Source: Verrucomicrobiota bacterium
Lineage (GTDB): Bacteria > Verrucomicrobiota > Verrucomicrobiia > Opitutales > Cerasicoccaceae
Direction of reading: 5' to 3'
Assembly (NCBI GenBank): GCA_039818205.1
Contig: JBCBUK010000003.1
Span: forward strand, 346,155-410,154
Length of the DNA stretch: 64,000 nt
The notes beneath the pieces are model-generated. The model saw nothing but the letters and a program-made list of their open reading frames with translations. It did not search any database and had not been told where the DNA came from. Numbering within the stretch: the stretch's first letter is position 1; every line of letters starts with the position of its first letter. The translations under genes and the position numbers were made by a program. Shown here piece after piece: positions 42,929 to 54,454 of the stretch.

Positions 42929-45900
42929 ATGAAAATTTTGTCCTCTTTTTCCACGGTTTCGTTTCTGGCGGCGATCAGTGTTTCCTACGCTGTCGATAGT
43001 AACAACAACCAGCTGAGTGATGTCTGGGAGCAGTTCTATAACGACAACTCCCTGTTGCTGCTGGATGACGATGACTTTGATCGATTCACCAATTTTGAGG
43101 AATATACTGCTGGAACGGACCCGAATGATTCGGAAGACTACCCGCGCTTGTTTACGAATCCTAATACGACGAGTGGTGGTGACGTTGAGTTGATATTTCA
43201 GACCTTGGCTGGCAAAGCCTATATTTTGGGGGAGTCCGATGACCTCTCAAATTTTGATCGGATTGCACCCGTATTTTTGGGAGACGGCGTGCCGCGGAAT
43301 CTGGTTATCGATTTGGACGGTTTGTCTCGGACACCAAGTCCAATTCGTGCGGGTTTTTGGGCGAACGCGGATGTAGCCAGTATGGCTGAGCTGGCCAATG
43401 TTACCTCTTATCCATTCTCCCCCGATGGAGTTTCCTTTCTGCCGAACCCTGAAGCTCCGGTAATGATGGCGGATGGCTATGGCGCGCGTTTTTCATTTTG
43501 GATCACTCCGCCGGAAACCGGTCCCTACACGTTTTTCCTCAGCGCAGGTGGCTCGGCTGAGCTCTATTTTGGATCCTCGGTCGAAGACGATGAGCTGCTA
43601 AAGATCGCTGAGATTTTACCCGACCAGACGGGGCTCATTCCAGGGGAGTGGGACATTTATGGTACGCAGCGGGCAAGTCCGATTGAGCTGGTTGAGGGAA
43701 CTCCTTACTTTGTCGAAGTGTGCTACCTTGGTGCGGTGGAGCAACAGCACGTGGAGATTGGCTGGTCCGGTCCAGCGCTGGTCGGTATCGAAAAATTGGA
43801 TCGTTCTCACCTGGCCGAGGTTTATTTTCTATCGACCTATTTTAACGGTTCGAGTCTCTTTGAATACGATTACGATTCTAACGGTAATACGGCGCTGCTC
43901 TGGCCGCAAAATACTGCGCTGGAACCGGGTCCGGCCGGAATGTCTGGTAACGTTGAACGGATGACCGGCGATCCTGGCGCGAGCAGTCAGGATGAACGCA
44001 TTGTCTTTACCAATAGCACGAGCGAACACCTTTACGCGACCTGGTTGTTCAACATGGCCAGTGGCCACGATGACGTGAATCTCTTTTTCATGAATGGTTC
44101 GGAGGGCTCGCAAGAGGGGCCTAGAATCAATCTCGAAGAGCGCAGTTCGGGGACCACCGCAAACGTGCGGGCGGGCTCGGCCAATGGTACTGCGGTTACG
44201 ATTCCAGTTGAGTTTGGTACGACCTTTCGGGTCGAAATCGTGGCCACACTTTCCGATGATGGATTCGACTATGCCACTCCGGAAGGGTGGCATCATGTCG
44301 CTAAGGACACATTTGATATCTTCGTCAGCGATACGGCTGGTCACTTGGTTGGGTCTGCCCACGGGCTCGAGTTTCGGGATGGTCCGGGCGTGGTGCAGCA
44401 GTTCTCGACCATGCGAGCGGCTTTTGCGACGGCTCCGAACATCGTCTTTGATGATTGGGAGTTTACGGATGGCCAGATCAAAGGAAGCGGCTTCTTGCTA
44501 CCCAACACGACGGAGTTCAATCCAGACAGCTTTTTCTTCAATCTGGAAATCGAGGAGACCGACGGTGACGGGGATACCCTTTCGGACTGGGAAGAGCTGG
44601 CGCTTGCGGCTTACTACGATTTCCATTTCTTCGATCCCGAGACCACCGACGGGTTGCCCGACGCCCAAGTGTTGGCCACCTTGTTGAACGGCTCTTCCGG
44701 CACCCCCGAGATTGCCCTTTACGCAACGGATGCCGCGGCATACGAGAGCAACTATCCAAATACGATACCCGACTATGGCGAAATCACGATTACCCGGACG
44801 GGTGCACTGGTTGAGCTGACGGTTGAACTTTGTGTTCCGGAGCTTAGCCAAACCGGTAGCACCGCGACTGTTTGTAATGGTCTTTGCTGTATGCTTATCG
44901 GAAGTGCTGGAGATGAGGCAGCTGAGACGAGTGATTATCAACTCATTGATGAAGATGGAAATATCGTTACGAACTCGATTTTATTCGAGTTTGGCGAGAC
45001 TACCAAGAAGCTAACGGTGGTTGCGGTAAATGACTCGATCAATGAGTATCCGGAGACCCTGAACCTTGCAGTCGAAACCGCCACTGATGGCCGATATACG
45101 ATTTCGAGTACTCAAAACGGCGCTTCTATCCAACTATTTGACCTGCCGGATAGTCCCGATAATTTGACGATTTTTACGGGATCCTTTAGCCCGGACGGAC
45201 GCTCAGTGACGGCGACCAATGGATCTGGATTTGTGACTGCGACGCTCAATGGGCCGCGGACCGAGCTTCGTGTATGGGCCGAGTATTCTAGTCTAACCTC
45301 GAATCAGCAGGATGCACATATTCACAAGGCGAACCCTGGAACCAGTCCATCTACTCGGGCGGGTGATATCGTTTATGCGATCACTGAGATTCCCGGAGAT
45401 GATGAGTCGCCGCCGCTGATCATGGCCCTGCCGACTGCTCCAACCGACCTCACAAGAGGAGCGCTTGTTGAGTACCCGTGGGACATCTCTAGTTCCTCTG
45501 GAGCAGTCCCAACAGGTGGAGGCCCGGCATCAAAGCAAGCGGTTGTTGACTCGTTGTTTGGCCAAAATGGTGAGACGCCATTGTATTTCAACGTGCATAG
45601 CGTGGATAACCCGGCTGGAGAGATTTGGGCGTTTCTCTCGGTTTCCGGGGGGTCTATCCAGGATCCCGGCGACGCTGAGGCAGCGGACTCGCCGGGTTCG
45701 GGTGGCTACCCTCAACTGACGGGTGACTTGCTAGAAGCAGACATTTGGCGGTTTTTGAATCAAGCGACTTTCGGAGCGACCGTAGCCGAGGTGGAGACAA
45801 TGCTTGGTCGTATCCTGACGGAGCGGACAACGAACCCAAGCTATCACCGTCACGAAGAGTTTGAGGCTTGGATTGACGCGCAGATGGATCCGGCGATTAC

Positions 45901-47962
45901 ACCGCAGGCCTATATTCTCGATTACCTATTGGCATCGCATTTTCAGCGCCTTGTGCTTGGCGGCTTTTTTGATCCGGCGTTGAATCCGACCGATGGAACG
46001 ACTCCAACTCCAACACGTCCGGCAACGTGGCCAACCGTTAATCGCGATGATCCAAATCCGGAATATTGGTATCTGTCGGATACTTATCCGGCAACCTACG
46101 ATGAATTGGAGTTAGCGGATACCAATGATTTGTCGATTGATTCGACTCAGGGTTGGGAAACCTGGACCCGTCCAGCGATCTCGCAGATGATGCTTAATGG
46201 TCGGGATCAACTACGGCAGAAGATGGGCTACGCCTTGCAGCAAATCGTGGTTATCAGTTCGGTGGATTCTACGATTGCTCGAAATTACTACGGCTACGTT
46301 AACTACCAAGATCAGTTGAACTACCGTGCGTTTAGCCATTATCGGGATGTCCTTGGCTATGTGAATTGGAGTCCGATCATGGCTCGCTGGCTGTCGAGCC
46401 TTCAGAATCAACCCGCAATCGACTTTGATGGTGACGGCTTGTTTGATTCTTATCCTGACGAGAATCTTGCGCGGGAGAATATGCAGCTGTTCTCGATTGG
46501 CTTGTTTGAAATCTGGCCGGACGGAAGTCTGAAGCTAACTCCGGGTGGCTTACCGCAAGCAACCTATACCAACGAAGATATTCGTGAATTTGCGAAAATT
46601 TTGACGGGGCAAAGCTTTAGTGTCTATAGCTCTCCCAGTCGATCTCTCGTTCCATGGGGGGGGCAACCGTTCTCGCCGGATAACGAAGATTTCGACGCCT
46701 TTATGGAGCGTGGAGTGCTGGCCGTGGCTGGGAGCTATCCGATGAAGATGTTCCCAGAATATCATAGCCTAGGAAAGAAGTCATTTGCCGGCACCGTTAT
46801 TGATCACTCGGATATCCTGGATCTAGAACAGCAGGCTATCGCCGATATTGAATCTGCAATGGATTGGCTTGCTGGTAAGCCAGGAGATGGATTGCCGGAC
46901 TACGACATGGTTAGTAGTCACGTGAGCACGCCTGCGTTTATCTCTCGCCGTTTGATTCAGCGCTTCACGACATCCAACCCATCACGGGATTATCTTCACC
47001 GGGTGTCAACGACCTTCAAGAATTCAGAGGGAGACCTTGGATTGACTCTAAAGGCGATTCTTCTGGATCCTGAAGCGAGAACTATTGATCTCAACGATAC
47101 GGTGTTTGGGCTAAAAAAATCACCGCTCGATGGTTATCTACAGATGATCCGGTCGCTTGAGTTCTACAACTTCATTCCGCTCACGAACCCGAATGGAGCA
47201 CCACCTTATGACGAAGCTGCGGGAGATTATTCCAACCCCGATCTTTATCTGGAGAACTTTCAATATCCTGCCAGCGAGATCGCCAAACACGAGCGTAACT
47301 TCCGTCATCGGCAAGCATCGTTCAATGGGTCCTCCTATAGTGGGCTCGGCATGAACCCGCTATCGCAGCCGACCGTTTTCAATTATTACCTGCCAGATTT
47401 CTCACCGAGCGGTCCGATTTCAAACGCTGGCTTGGTTGCTCCGGAAATGCAGTTGGCCAGCGAGCCTGCGGTCGTGAGTAACATTAACTTTTTCGCAGAT
47501 ATTATCCGTTCATCTCTCGGGTATGGCTTCACCACTGAGTTGGGAGGTTCGGACAGTACTCAGGAAGTGGCATTCAATTCCGTCGATGCAGATGAACACG
47601 ATATCGACCGTTTACCCCGCCAACGGCTGGCGGATCTGTTTTACCCAGCAACGCCGCCGACCCCGGTTGATGGGCGCACGAGCGAATCGTTGGCCGATGA
47701 AATCTTGGTCGATGAATTGGATCGTCGGCTTACCTATGGTTTCTTCAAAATGAAGTATCCGTATGACCCATCGGACGACGATGATCCCAATGTACCCGGT
47801 GTTGATGATCTGTTAAAGAATCCCCGAGAGCTCATCATCGATGCCATCACCTATCACGGCGACCCCTACAACGGTTCCGACGACGATCGGAACCGTCGGG
47901 ACAAGTTTTCTGACGCACTTTACTTGCTCACCTATTCGCCAGAGTATCAAATTCGGAAATAA
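42929..47962 (+). CDS. DUF1800 family protein with PA14, Calx-beta and CHRD domains
   Basis: [51 protein letters not shown]14 ([11 protein letters not shown]), Calx-beta ([11 protein letters not shown]), CHRD (AHIH..YFNVHS..P.GEI). Confidence 0.88.
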   Translation: MKILSSFSTVSFLAAISVSYAVDSNNNQLSDVWEQFYNDNSLLLLDDDDFDRFTNFEEYTAGTDPNDSEDYPRLFTNPNTTSGGDVELIFQTLAGKAYILGESDDLSNFDRIAPVFLGDGVPRNLVIDLDGLSRTPSPIRAGFWANADVASMAELANVTSYPFSPDGVSFLPNPEAPVMMADGYGARFSFWITPPETGPYTFFLSAGGSAELYFGSSVEDDELLKIAEILPDQTGLIPGEWDIYGTQRASPIELVEGTPYFVEVCYLGAVEQQHVEIGWSGPALVGIEKLDRSHLAEVYFLSTYFNGSSLFEYDYDSNGNTALLWPQNTALEPGPAGMSGNVERMTGDPGASSQDERIVFTNSTSEHLYATWLFNMASGHDDVNLFFMNGSEGSQEGPRINLEERSSGTTANVRAGSANGTAVTIPVEFGTTFRVEIVATLSDDGFDYATPEGWHHVAKDTFDIFVSDTAGHLVGSAHGLEFRDGPGVVQQFSTMRAAFATAPNIVFDDWEFTDGQIKGSGFLLPNTTEFNPDSFFFNLEIEETDGDGDTLSDWEELALAAYYDFHFFDPETTDGLPDAQVLATLLNGSSGTPEIALYATDAAAYESNYPNTIPDYGEITITRTGALVELTVELCVPELSQTGSTATVCNGLCCMLIGSAGDEAAETSDYQLIDEDGNIVTNSILFEFGETTKKLTVVAVNDSINEYPETLNLAVETATDGRYTISSTQNGASIQLFDLPDSPDNLTIFTGSFSPDGRSVTATNGSGFVTATLNGPRTELRVWAEYSSLTSNQQDAHIHKANPGTSPSTRAGDIVYAITEIPGDDESPPLIMALPTAPTDLTRGALVEYPWDISSSSGAVPTGGGPASKQAVVDSLFGQNGETPLYFNVHSVDNPAGEIWAFLSVSGGSIQDPGDAEAADSPGSGGYPQLTGDLLEADIWRFLNQATFGATVAEVETMLGRILTERTTNPSYHRHEEFEAWIDAQMDPAITPQAYILDYLLASHFQRLVLGGFFDPALNPTDGTTPTPTRPATWPTVNRDDPNPEYWYLSDTYPATYDELELADTNDLSIDSTQGWETWTRPAISQMMLNGRDQLRQKMGYALQQIVVISSVDSTIARNYYGYVNYQDQLNYRAFSHYRDVLGYVNWSPIMARWLSSLQNQPAIDFDGDGLFDSYPDENLARENMQLFSIGLFEIWPDGSLKLTPGGLPQATYTNEDIREFAKILTGQSFSVYSSPSRSLVPWGGQPFSPDNEDFDAFMERGVLAVAGSYPMKMFPEYHSLGKKSFAGTVIDHSDILDLEQQAIADIESAMDWLAGKPGDGLPDYDMVSSHVSTPAFISRRLIQRFTTSNPSRDYLHRVSTTFKNSEGDLGLTLKAILLDPEARTIDLNDTVFGLKKSPLDGYLQMIRSLEFYNFIPLTNPNGAPPYDEAAGDYSNPDLYLENFQYPASEIAKHERNFRHRQASFNGSSYSGLGMNPLSQPTVFNYYLPDFSPSGPISNAGLVAPEMQLASEPAVVSNINFFADIIRSSLGYGFTTELGGSDSTQEVAFNSVDADEHDIDRLPRQRLADLFYPATPPTPVDGRTSESLADEILVDELDRRLTYGFFKMKYPYDPSDDDDPNVPGVDDLLKNPRELIIDAITYHGDPYNGSDDDRNRRDKFSDALYLLTYSPEYQIRK

Positions 47963-47967
47963 TCTCT

Positions 47968-49518
47968 ATGCCTAAGAATCTAAAAGCTTTGTCTCGACGG
48001 GACTTTCTCAGGGCAGGAACCTGCGGCGCAATGACCGTTGGTCCACTGATTAATACGATTGCGCAGCTTGCGCTCGTGAACTCGGCATCGGCAAGCGCCC
48101 TCGGTGGGTCGGCGTTGGTTGGAAGTGACTATAAGGCATTGGTTTGTCTCTTTCTAAGAGGTGGGTGCGATGCGAACAACCTAATCATTCCGCGTACAAC
48201 GAATGATCAGGCGAATGCGTACACGTTTGATCGTGGTCCGGTTGCAATTCCGAACGGAATTGCCCATCCGACCTACAATCCGTCAGGCGCCGATACGACC
48301 ATTCCGATAACGGTGCCGGGAGCAGGACCCTATGGCCTTCATCCGATGCTGTCTAACTTAGCGTCAATGTTCGATTCCGGGGAAGCGGCATTCGTGAACA
48401 ACGTTGGAACCTTGGCTGGTCCAACGAGCGCAGGTACTTACAGCACGGCAAGTTTGCCGAAGCAGCTGTTCTCTCATTCGGACCAGCAGACCCAATGGAT
48501 GTCCTCCATCGCCGACCGCGACTATGAATCAGGCTGGGGTGCCCGTGTGGCCGAACTTTACAACGATACCTGGAACGCGAACAGCCAGACCTCGATGCTG
48601 ATCACTGCAGCTGGGGTCAATCAGTTCATGGGGGGCGGATCGATTAATCAGTTTTCGGTATCGTCCTCCGGTGCAATTAGTTTGGCCGGATTTGGTAGCA
48701 ACTACAGTAGTGCGCTTGATAGTGTGACGGGTGACTACCGTGAGAATTCCACGGGTCAGCGGTTCAAGGCTCTCGAGCAAATCATGCAATATAGTCACGC
48801 CCACATTCTGGAATCGGGCTACACGAAGGTTTTGCAAAGTGCTCGCGCCAACGAAGCGATTATCAACGAAGCCGTTCAAATTGAATCCACCTTGGGAGTC
48901 GATTTCGATACGATCTGGGACTCTTACGGAGCAGATAGTAGCGTTGCGGATGAATTAAAGATCGTTGCCCGCTTGATTGCTGGCCGGGAGTGTTTGGGTA
49001 ACAACCGACAGATCTTTTTCGTAGAGATGGGTGGCTATGATAACCACGCTTCAATCAATGCCACGCTTCCTGGGTTATTTGATGATCTGGATCGGGCGAT
49101 CGGCGCATTTAATGCCGGGATGAAAGATCTTGCCGCCAAGGATAGCACGTTTTCCTATGACAAGGTTACGGGTTTTGAGGCCTCGGACTTTAATCGTACC
49201 TGGACTCCTAATAGCACGAATGCAGGATCCGCCGGGACTGATCACGCATGGGGAGGGCATTGCTTCGTTTTTGGTGGCGCAGTCAACGGAGGGAATTTCT
49301 ACGGAAACTTTCCCGAGCTCGCGGTAGGCGGTAGCGATGATGTTCCTCGCGGGTCTCGCGGTCGATGGATCCCCGATACTTCGGTTGATCAATTCTCGGC
49401 AGTTCTGGCATCATGGTTCGGCGTGCCGCCGGGCAGTAGTGAGATGGCGGCAATCTTTCCAAACCTGGATCGATTCCAAGATCCATTCTCGGTTGAAGCC
49501 AAACTTGGATTCCTCTAG
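47968..49518 (+). CDS. DUF1501 family protein, Tat-exported
   Basis: SRRDFL Tat motif, [40 protein letters not shown]. Confidence 0.9.
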   Translation: MPKNLKALSRRDFLRAGTCGAMTVGPLINTIAQLALVNSASASALGGSALVGSDYKALVCLFLRGGCDANNLIIPRTTNDQANAYTFDRGPVAIPNGIAHPTYNPSGADTTIPITVPGAGPYGLHPMLSNLASMFDSGEAAFVNNVGTLAGPTSAGTYSTASLPKQLFSHSDQQTQWMSSIADRDYESGWGARVAELYNDTWNANSQTSMLITAAGVNQFMGGGSINQFSVSSSGAISLAGFGSNYSSALDSVTGDYRENSTGQRFKALEQIMQYSHAHILESGYTKVLQSARANEAIINEAVQIESTLGVDFDTIWDSYGADSSVADELKIVARLIAGRECLGNNRQIFFVEMGGYDNHASINATLPGLFDDLDRAIGAFNAGMKDLAAKDSTFSYDKVTGFEASDFNRTWTPNSTNAGSAGTDHAWGGHCFVFGGAVNGGNFYGNFPELAVGGSDDVPRGSRGRWIPDTSVDQFSAVLASWFGVPPGSSEMAAIFPNLDRFQDPFSVEAKLGFL

Positions 49519-49527
49519 ACCGTCTCC

Positions 49528-50130
49528 ATGGTCACGAAGAGGCATTGGTGGATAGCTGGTAGCGTTGCGTTGCTGGGAGTCGGTATAGCAGTTTGGATGG
49601 TCCGACCCAGCGATCCAGCGATTGAGCCGGAAGAAGTGGCCGAAAGCGCGCTGCCGGTGGATGCCTCCAATAGCGATAGAATAGAGGAAGACTTGGCCGC
49701 TGCTGTTGAGACCGCAATAGACGAGACCAAGATTCAAGTCCATGCAGTGGGCGATTTCCGACTAGAGCGACAATCTGATGGCCGTGTTTTTTTTAAACCA
49801 TCGATCGAGTCTGCGCAGCAACTCAACCGCAGCAACTATCCCGAAGATAGCATTCGAGTTGTTCAGCAGCTTTTGAATCATTACCGTTTCGCGTATAAAG
49901 AGAATCCAGTGGGTGTTGAGAATTTTGAAATCACTGAACAACTCGTTGGTGAAAACCCGATGCAGATTGTCTTTGTGGCTCCGGGCAATCCGGGGCTAGT
50001 TGGCAACGAGCTTGTGGATGAGTGGGGGACACCGTTCTTTTTTCACGCGGTATCTTCCCAGCAAATGGACGTGCGCTCTGCGGGTCCCGATCGAGAACTT
50101 TGGACCGCTGATGATATCTTTATCGAGTAA
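49528..50130 (+). CDS. Membrane-anchored protein with GspG-like C-terminal motif
   Basis: N-terminal TM; LVDEWGTPF...RSAGPD..WTADDI. Confidence 0.65.
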   Translation: MVTKRHWWIAGSVALLGVGIAVWMVRPSDPAIEPEEVAESALPVDASNSDRIEEDLAAAVETAIDETKIQVHAVGDFRLERQSDGRVFFKPSIESAQQLNRSNYPEDSIRVVQQLLNHYRFAYKENPVGVENFEITEQLVGENPMQIVFVAPGNPGLVGNELVDEWGTPFFFHAVSSQQMDVRSAGPDRELWTADDIFIE

Positions 50131-50136
50131 AAGAAA

Positions 50137-50160
50137 CAAGCCCCTCAATTGAGGGGATTG
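50137..50160. terminator. Bidirectional terminator hairpin
   Basis: CCCCTC-AATT-GAGGGG palindrome between convergent genes, A-rich on the left side. Confidence 0.6.
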
Positions 50161-50191
50161 CGTCATTAAAGGGTTACGTGAACTAGCGCGG

Positions 50192-52057
50192 CTAGATCTT
50201 GCTCCGTCCTTTGGAACGTTCGAGATCGATCACCGCAAAGCGCTTGCTTTGATTCGTGATCAAGTTGCTTAGATAGAAGTTGTTCGTGAGGGAGTGACGA
50301 TCAAGCATGATCACACCATGGCTTTGGAAGTGGTCACTCACCACGACGCCTGCAATATGGTCGGTGTAGACCGTTGCGTGAGGAGCGTAGACTAAGGCGA
50401 CCGTCGGGTGGTTGGCATTGTCGAGATTCAACGCCTTGTAGGGTTGATACTGACGGTAGGGGTCGCCAAGCGCTATGTTGGTTCCGACGTATTCGTATGC
50501 TCCAGTCCCATTTCCGTTCGCATCGGTGATTTCGGTCTTTTTGGCTTCGTCCAGAATGACCAAATCCTGCGGATTGCCGGATTGGGCGACTGCTGCGCTA
50601 TTGGCGTTGAAGCTGTCAAGATCAGGTCCCAAGTGAACGGTCAATTTTCCACCATCACGGACGTGGATCACCGTTGATTTGAAATCGTCGTTATTGCCGC
50701 CGTTGTTGATGTCATTGACATACAGGATGACGTTGCTGTCATTATCAACGATGATCCGTTTTCCATTCGGGTTGTCTGTCACGTTGTAAATCACCGGCTT
50801 GTTGTTGGCTACATCGCCACCACTAATGACCACGTACTGGCTTGAGTCACCTTGGGTAACATTAGAAGCCGTTGCTCCCTGTGGTGTCTCGTCGGCTGAG
50901 CTCGAATCGATCTGGCGGGAGTTCAGTTTGATGTTGCCTCCAAAATATGGGCTACCTTCATAGGTGCCGTCGAAATTGTTTTTCGAAGAGCTAAGTCCAG
51001 CGGTTTCGATGAAGTTGTATTGGTTTTCGTCTGGATTATAATCTGAGTTGGTTGTCAGCTCGTTCAGGAAATTTATTAGATTGTTTTCATTGTTCTGCAG
51101 AACATTAAAATTGGTGCTACCCGTGACTGTTTGTAGAGCCTCTTCAGATTGAGCTTCATTGGCTCCGGTAACAAAGTCGAAGAAGTCTTTTCCGTCACCA
51201 GCGGACAGTGTGGTGTTGGAATTCTTCTCAACGTCTGACCGGCGGGCGTAGTAGATGTTCAAGGGTTCTGATTGGCCTTGGCTTGCCTCTAGATCGCGCG
51301 AGTAATACGACACGTAAGGGATGTTACTGCCTTCGACGGAATGGCCCCACGACCCAATGAAAATTTCCAGTGGCTGATAGCTGTGGAGAAGATTCATGCC
51401 GGTATCGTCCCAGAGTGCTTTTCCTTGGTAGGTTACTCCAGAGTCCATGGGCAAGTTCCAGTCATAGCTGTAAAGCTCCTCGCCAGTGATTTGGTCAACA
51501 CTGCTGTCGTAGGAACCAATCTGGTCGAAGCGCCAGTTGGATCGCTCATTGTCCATGACGCGCATCGCGGCAAGCTCGGGCAAGGTGGCCAAATTTTCGA
51601 TCGTGAGTTCGAATCCATCTCGTGCACGCGTGTCGTAAGGGCCATCAACGATTGCACTGACCTCGATGTCGTAAATGTAGCTGGTGTCTCCGTTGATGTT
51701 TAGCGCAGTTTGAATAACTTCCTGCGATACGCTCGATGACCGGCCGTTTTTCATCAGGCCAGTCGTTACCCTGGTAAAGGTGGTCGCGTTTCCGTTGGTT
51801 CCGCCGTTGGTCCAGACGTTGGTATCACCCAACTTGCTTTCGCGGATATTCCAGAACGTATCCTCAATAGCCTCTTCGGCTAGAAGGCGCGCAGCTAAAC
51901 TTAGATTCCGTCGCTCGGTACTCTGTTTGGTGAAGCGAAAGAGGCTGAAAAGCGAAGCCATAGCAATCGCGAGTACGATAGTGGCAACCATCGCGAGCAG
52001 GATCACCGAACCCTTTCGGGATCCTTTATTGGTGAGTCGATTTGAGTCGTTGTTCAT
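50192..52057 (-). CDS. PilX/GspK-like minor pilin with large Asn/Thr-rich C-terminal domain
   Basis: RKG/SVILLAM (no Glu5), ARLLAEEAIE, C-terminal LVYAPHA motif. Confidence 0.7.
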   Translation of the reverse strand: MNNDSNRLTNKGSRKGSVILLAMVATIVLAIAMASLFSLFRFTKQSTERRNLSLAARLLAEEAIEDTFWNIRESKLGDTNVWTNGGTNGNATTFTRVTTGLMKNGRSSSVSQEVIQTALNINGDTSYIYDIEVSAIVDGPYDTRARDGFELTIENLATLPELAAMRVMDNERSNWRFDQIGSYDSSVDQITGEELYSYDWNLPMDSGVTYQGKALWDDTGMNLLHSYQPLEIFIGSWGHSVEGSNIPYVSYYSRDLEASQGQSEPLNIYYARRSDVEKNSNTTLSAGDGKDFFDFVTGANEAQSEEALQTVTGSTNFNVLQNNENNLINFLNELTTNSDYNPDENQYNFIETAGLSSSKNNFDGTYEGSPYFGGNIKLNSRQIDSSSADETPQGATASNVTQGDSSQYVVISGGDVANNKPVIYNVTDNPNGKRIIVDNDSNVILYVNDINNGGNNDDFKSTVIHVRDGGKLTVHLGPDLDSFNANSAAVAQSGNPQDLVILDEAKKTEITDANGNGTGAYEYVGTNIALGDPYRQYQPYKALNLDNANHPTVALVYAPHATVYTDHIAGVVVSDHFQSHGVIMLDRHSLTNNFYLSNLITNQSKRFAVIDLERSKGRSKI

Positions 52058-52061
52058 CGTG

Positions 52062-52649
52062 TTACTCCGTGTCGATTGGATTATAAAGGCTGAGAATCAA
52101 ATGGTCGTACCCGCTAGTGGCGTCGCGGAACCGTGAATAGTTTCGGTCAAGGGCAACTTGAATAGTGCTCACTTCGCCTACGGATCCGGCAGCGAGTCCG
52201 CTAGTGGTCGTGGTGAGTTGAGTTCCGCTGCCGTTGTAGTAGTGAAATGCTGGGAATGCCGTTCCGCTGGGGACGATTTTATCAACAACAACCATGGTGG
52301 AAATTACCTTGGAAGAGTCTTCTACGTCGTAGATCGTCCGGACCAACTCATATAGGGTGCCATTCTGATTGAGCGAGTAGACGACACTAAATTCGCTGTT
52401 GGACACCGTGAAGGTTTTGTCTTTGGCCTCATCAAGTTCACCACCGAAACTCATATCAAGGTCTGCTGCGGTTGCTGCCTGTTGACGCTCATCGATAAAG
52501 AAAATCTTTTCGGTCAGCATTTGGATGGTGACCGCTGATTCGATCATCACACGTGAAAAGATCACGCCGAAAATCGAGAAGATCGCCATTGCGATCAAAA
52601 GTTCGGGCAAAGTGAATCCCTTTGCTTTCTTTTTGGAATTTTTCGTCAT
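52062..52649 (-). CDS. PilW/GspJ-like prepilin
   Basis: KG/FTLPELLIAMAI. Confidence 0.8.
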   Translation of the reverse strand: MTKNSKKKAKGFTLPELLIAMAIFSIFGVIFSRVMIESAVTIQMLTEKIFFIDERQQAATAADLDMSFGGELDEAKDKTFTVSNSEFSVVYSLNQNGTLYELVRTIYDVEDSSKVISTMVVVDKIVPSGTAFPAFHYYNGSGTQLTTTTSGLAAGSVGEVSTIQVALDRNYSRFRDATSGYDHLILSLYNPIDTE

Positions 52650-53131
52650 TGCGCTAATCCTCCACCGATCAAAGTCGTTTCGTAGAATCTGGTTTTGGTG
52701 CTGCCGAGGTGGTTCCAGGAGATGTTCATCTCGACTTTCACTGAGTCGCCAGCGGTTGTACCGTAGGCCTGATTAGGGGTCGCGACGGCGGAAACTGTGT
52801 ATCCGTCCGCAGTCTGTTCTAAGATGACGGCGTTCGAAGCAGCCGTCGCGGATGAATCGAGTCCAAACTTGAAAAGGACGTCGGAGTAGCTCGAAGACTT
52901 GAGTTCCTTGAAATTATTGTCTGCCAATTCGGTCGCTTTGACGAAGTCGTATTGGGTCTCGACGAATTTCGACATCGCATCTAGGAAGCCGAAAAGCGAC
53001 AGTGCCAGAAGTGAGATCACTACCAGGCCGATCATGATCTCGACCAAGGTAAAGCCATTTCGTTTGGCCTTCCGATCGACGATACACTGATCGGTCGCTG
53101 AAAAATTTTTGAATTCTGTGTTGTTGCGCAT
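52646..53131 (-). CDS. PilV/GspI-like prepilin
   Basis: NG/FTLVEIMIGLVV; ATGA overlap with the next gene. Confidence 0.8.
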   Translation of the reverse strand: MRNNTEFKNFSATDQCIVDRKAKRNGFTLVEIMIGLVVISLLALSLFGFLDAMSKFVETQYDFVKATELADNNFKELKSSSYSDVLFKFGLDSSATAASNAVILEQTADGYTVSAVATPNQAYGTTAGDSVKVEMNISWNHLGSTKTRFYETTLIGGGLAQ

Positions 53132-53148
53132 TTTGCCTAATCGCCTTT

Positions 53149-53164
53149 AGCAGATGATATGCCA
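53149..53164 (-). promoter_or_regulatory. Putative sigma54 -24/-12 promoter
   Basis: Minus strand reads TGGCAT-ATCAT-CTGCT, giving GG-N10-GC spacing, immediately upstream of the pilin cluster in an AT-rich intergenic region. Confidence 0.5.
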
Positions 53165-53696
53165 TCGAAAATGAGTGGTTTTTATGTCACCTACTGTTGA
53201 ATACGTTTGTTTATAAACTTAATGTTTGATAATCGATAGACAGGTAGAGGCTAACAGAGAGGCGGCTTAACTGATTCATTATTCCCAAGAATTCAAGCTA
53301 TTATTGGTTTTTAGGTTTTATCGTGTAATGTATGTGGGCTGAAAGCCTTTATTGGTCGGCTTTTCGGGAGAATTGAATGAAATGTAAACTGTAAATTAAC
53401 ACTCGATTAAGTATATTCATTGAGACGTTTTTGACCCAGATTTGTGTAGTTGTTCGTTGGTATAGGATGTGTTTCTAAATATTTTTTTTACTAATCGAGC
53501 TCGGGAGAAATTCGTATTTGACCCGGTATTCTCATGTATTTTCCCGGGACTCTCAGATTTAGGCGGAAAATATTGAATTTGAATGCACATTGGACCTTGT
53601 TGCTGGTCAGAATTGGCCTCTGAGGGAAAATATGTACCCGTCCGGGTAGAACTGCGGCGTTGATTGACCGGTAGAATCGCGTAGATTTCAGGCCGA

Positions 53697-54440
53697 ATGC
53701 ACCACTATTTCGGCAAGCACCTGGACCGTGTTGCTGCGTCACACGACCATCGGCACAACTGGCGTAAGATTGGCCGCCAGTTCGCGATTATAGTGATCGC
53801 GACGGTTGGTCTCGTGCTGCTTGGCTTATTGCTAAAAGGTCAAGTTCCCGTGGTAGAGGAATGGATCAAAGCACAAGGCCAGCTGGCGGGTTGCTACTTT
53901 GTGGTGATCTTTACCCTTTGCGCCATTTTGCTTGTCCCGGCAAATCTGTTCGTGTTCATCGCGGGTGCCTTGTTTGGTTTTGGCTGGGGCTATCTGTATG
54001 CGGCCGTTTCTCTCGTTATCACCATGCTTCTGCAATTTTGGATTGGCCGGCACCTCCTCAAATCCCGGATGGAGTCGTTCATGGCTCATCATCCAAAATT
54101 CAATGCAATTGATCGGGCTGTCTCTAGACAGGGGTTGCGGGTGGCGTTCCTTTTGCGTCTGGGGCCAGTTCCGGTGGGGCCGCTCAGTTACATATTGAGC
54201 GTAAGCCGAATATCATTTCGTAACTATGCATTGGCCGGGCTTGGCGGGTTGGTTAGTCCGCTTGCGATGGTCTATTATGGAAACTTGGCAGGGCATCTGA
54301 CCAAGTTGGCGACCGGCCATGAACACCATTCGGCCGGGCACTATATTGCGATGATTGGTGGGGCAATTGTCGCGATCATTGCCACGGTGTATATTAGCCA
54401 CGTTGCGCGACAGGCTCTGCGCGAAGCCGGGGCGGAGTGA
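53697..54440 (+). CDS. TVP38/TMEM64 (DedA/VTT) family membrane protein
   Basis: AGALFGFGWG, FWIGR, LLRLGPVP; His-rich N-terminus and loop. Confidence 0.88.
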   Translation: MHHYFGKHLDRVAASHDHRHNWRKIGRQFAIIVIATVGLVLLGLLLKGQVPVVEEWIKAQGQLAGCYFVVIFTLCAILLVPANLFVFIAGALFGFGWGYLYAAVSLVITMLLQFWIGRHLLKSRMESFMAHHPKFNAIDRAVSRQGLRVAFLLRLGPVPVGPLSYILSVSRISFRNYALAGLGGLVSPLAMVYYGNLAGHLTKLATGHEHHSAGHYIAMIGGAIVAIIATVYISHVARQALREAGAE

Positions 54441-54454
54441 TACCGAACTTCTGC

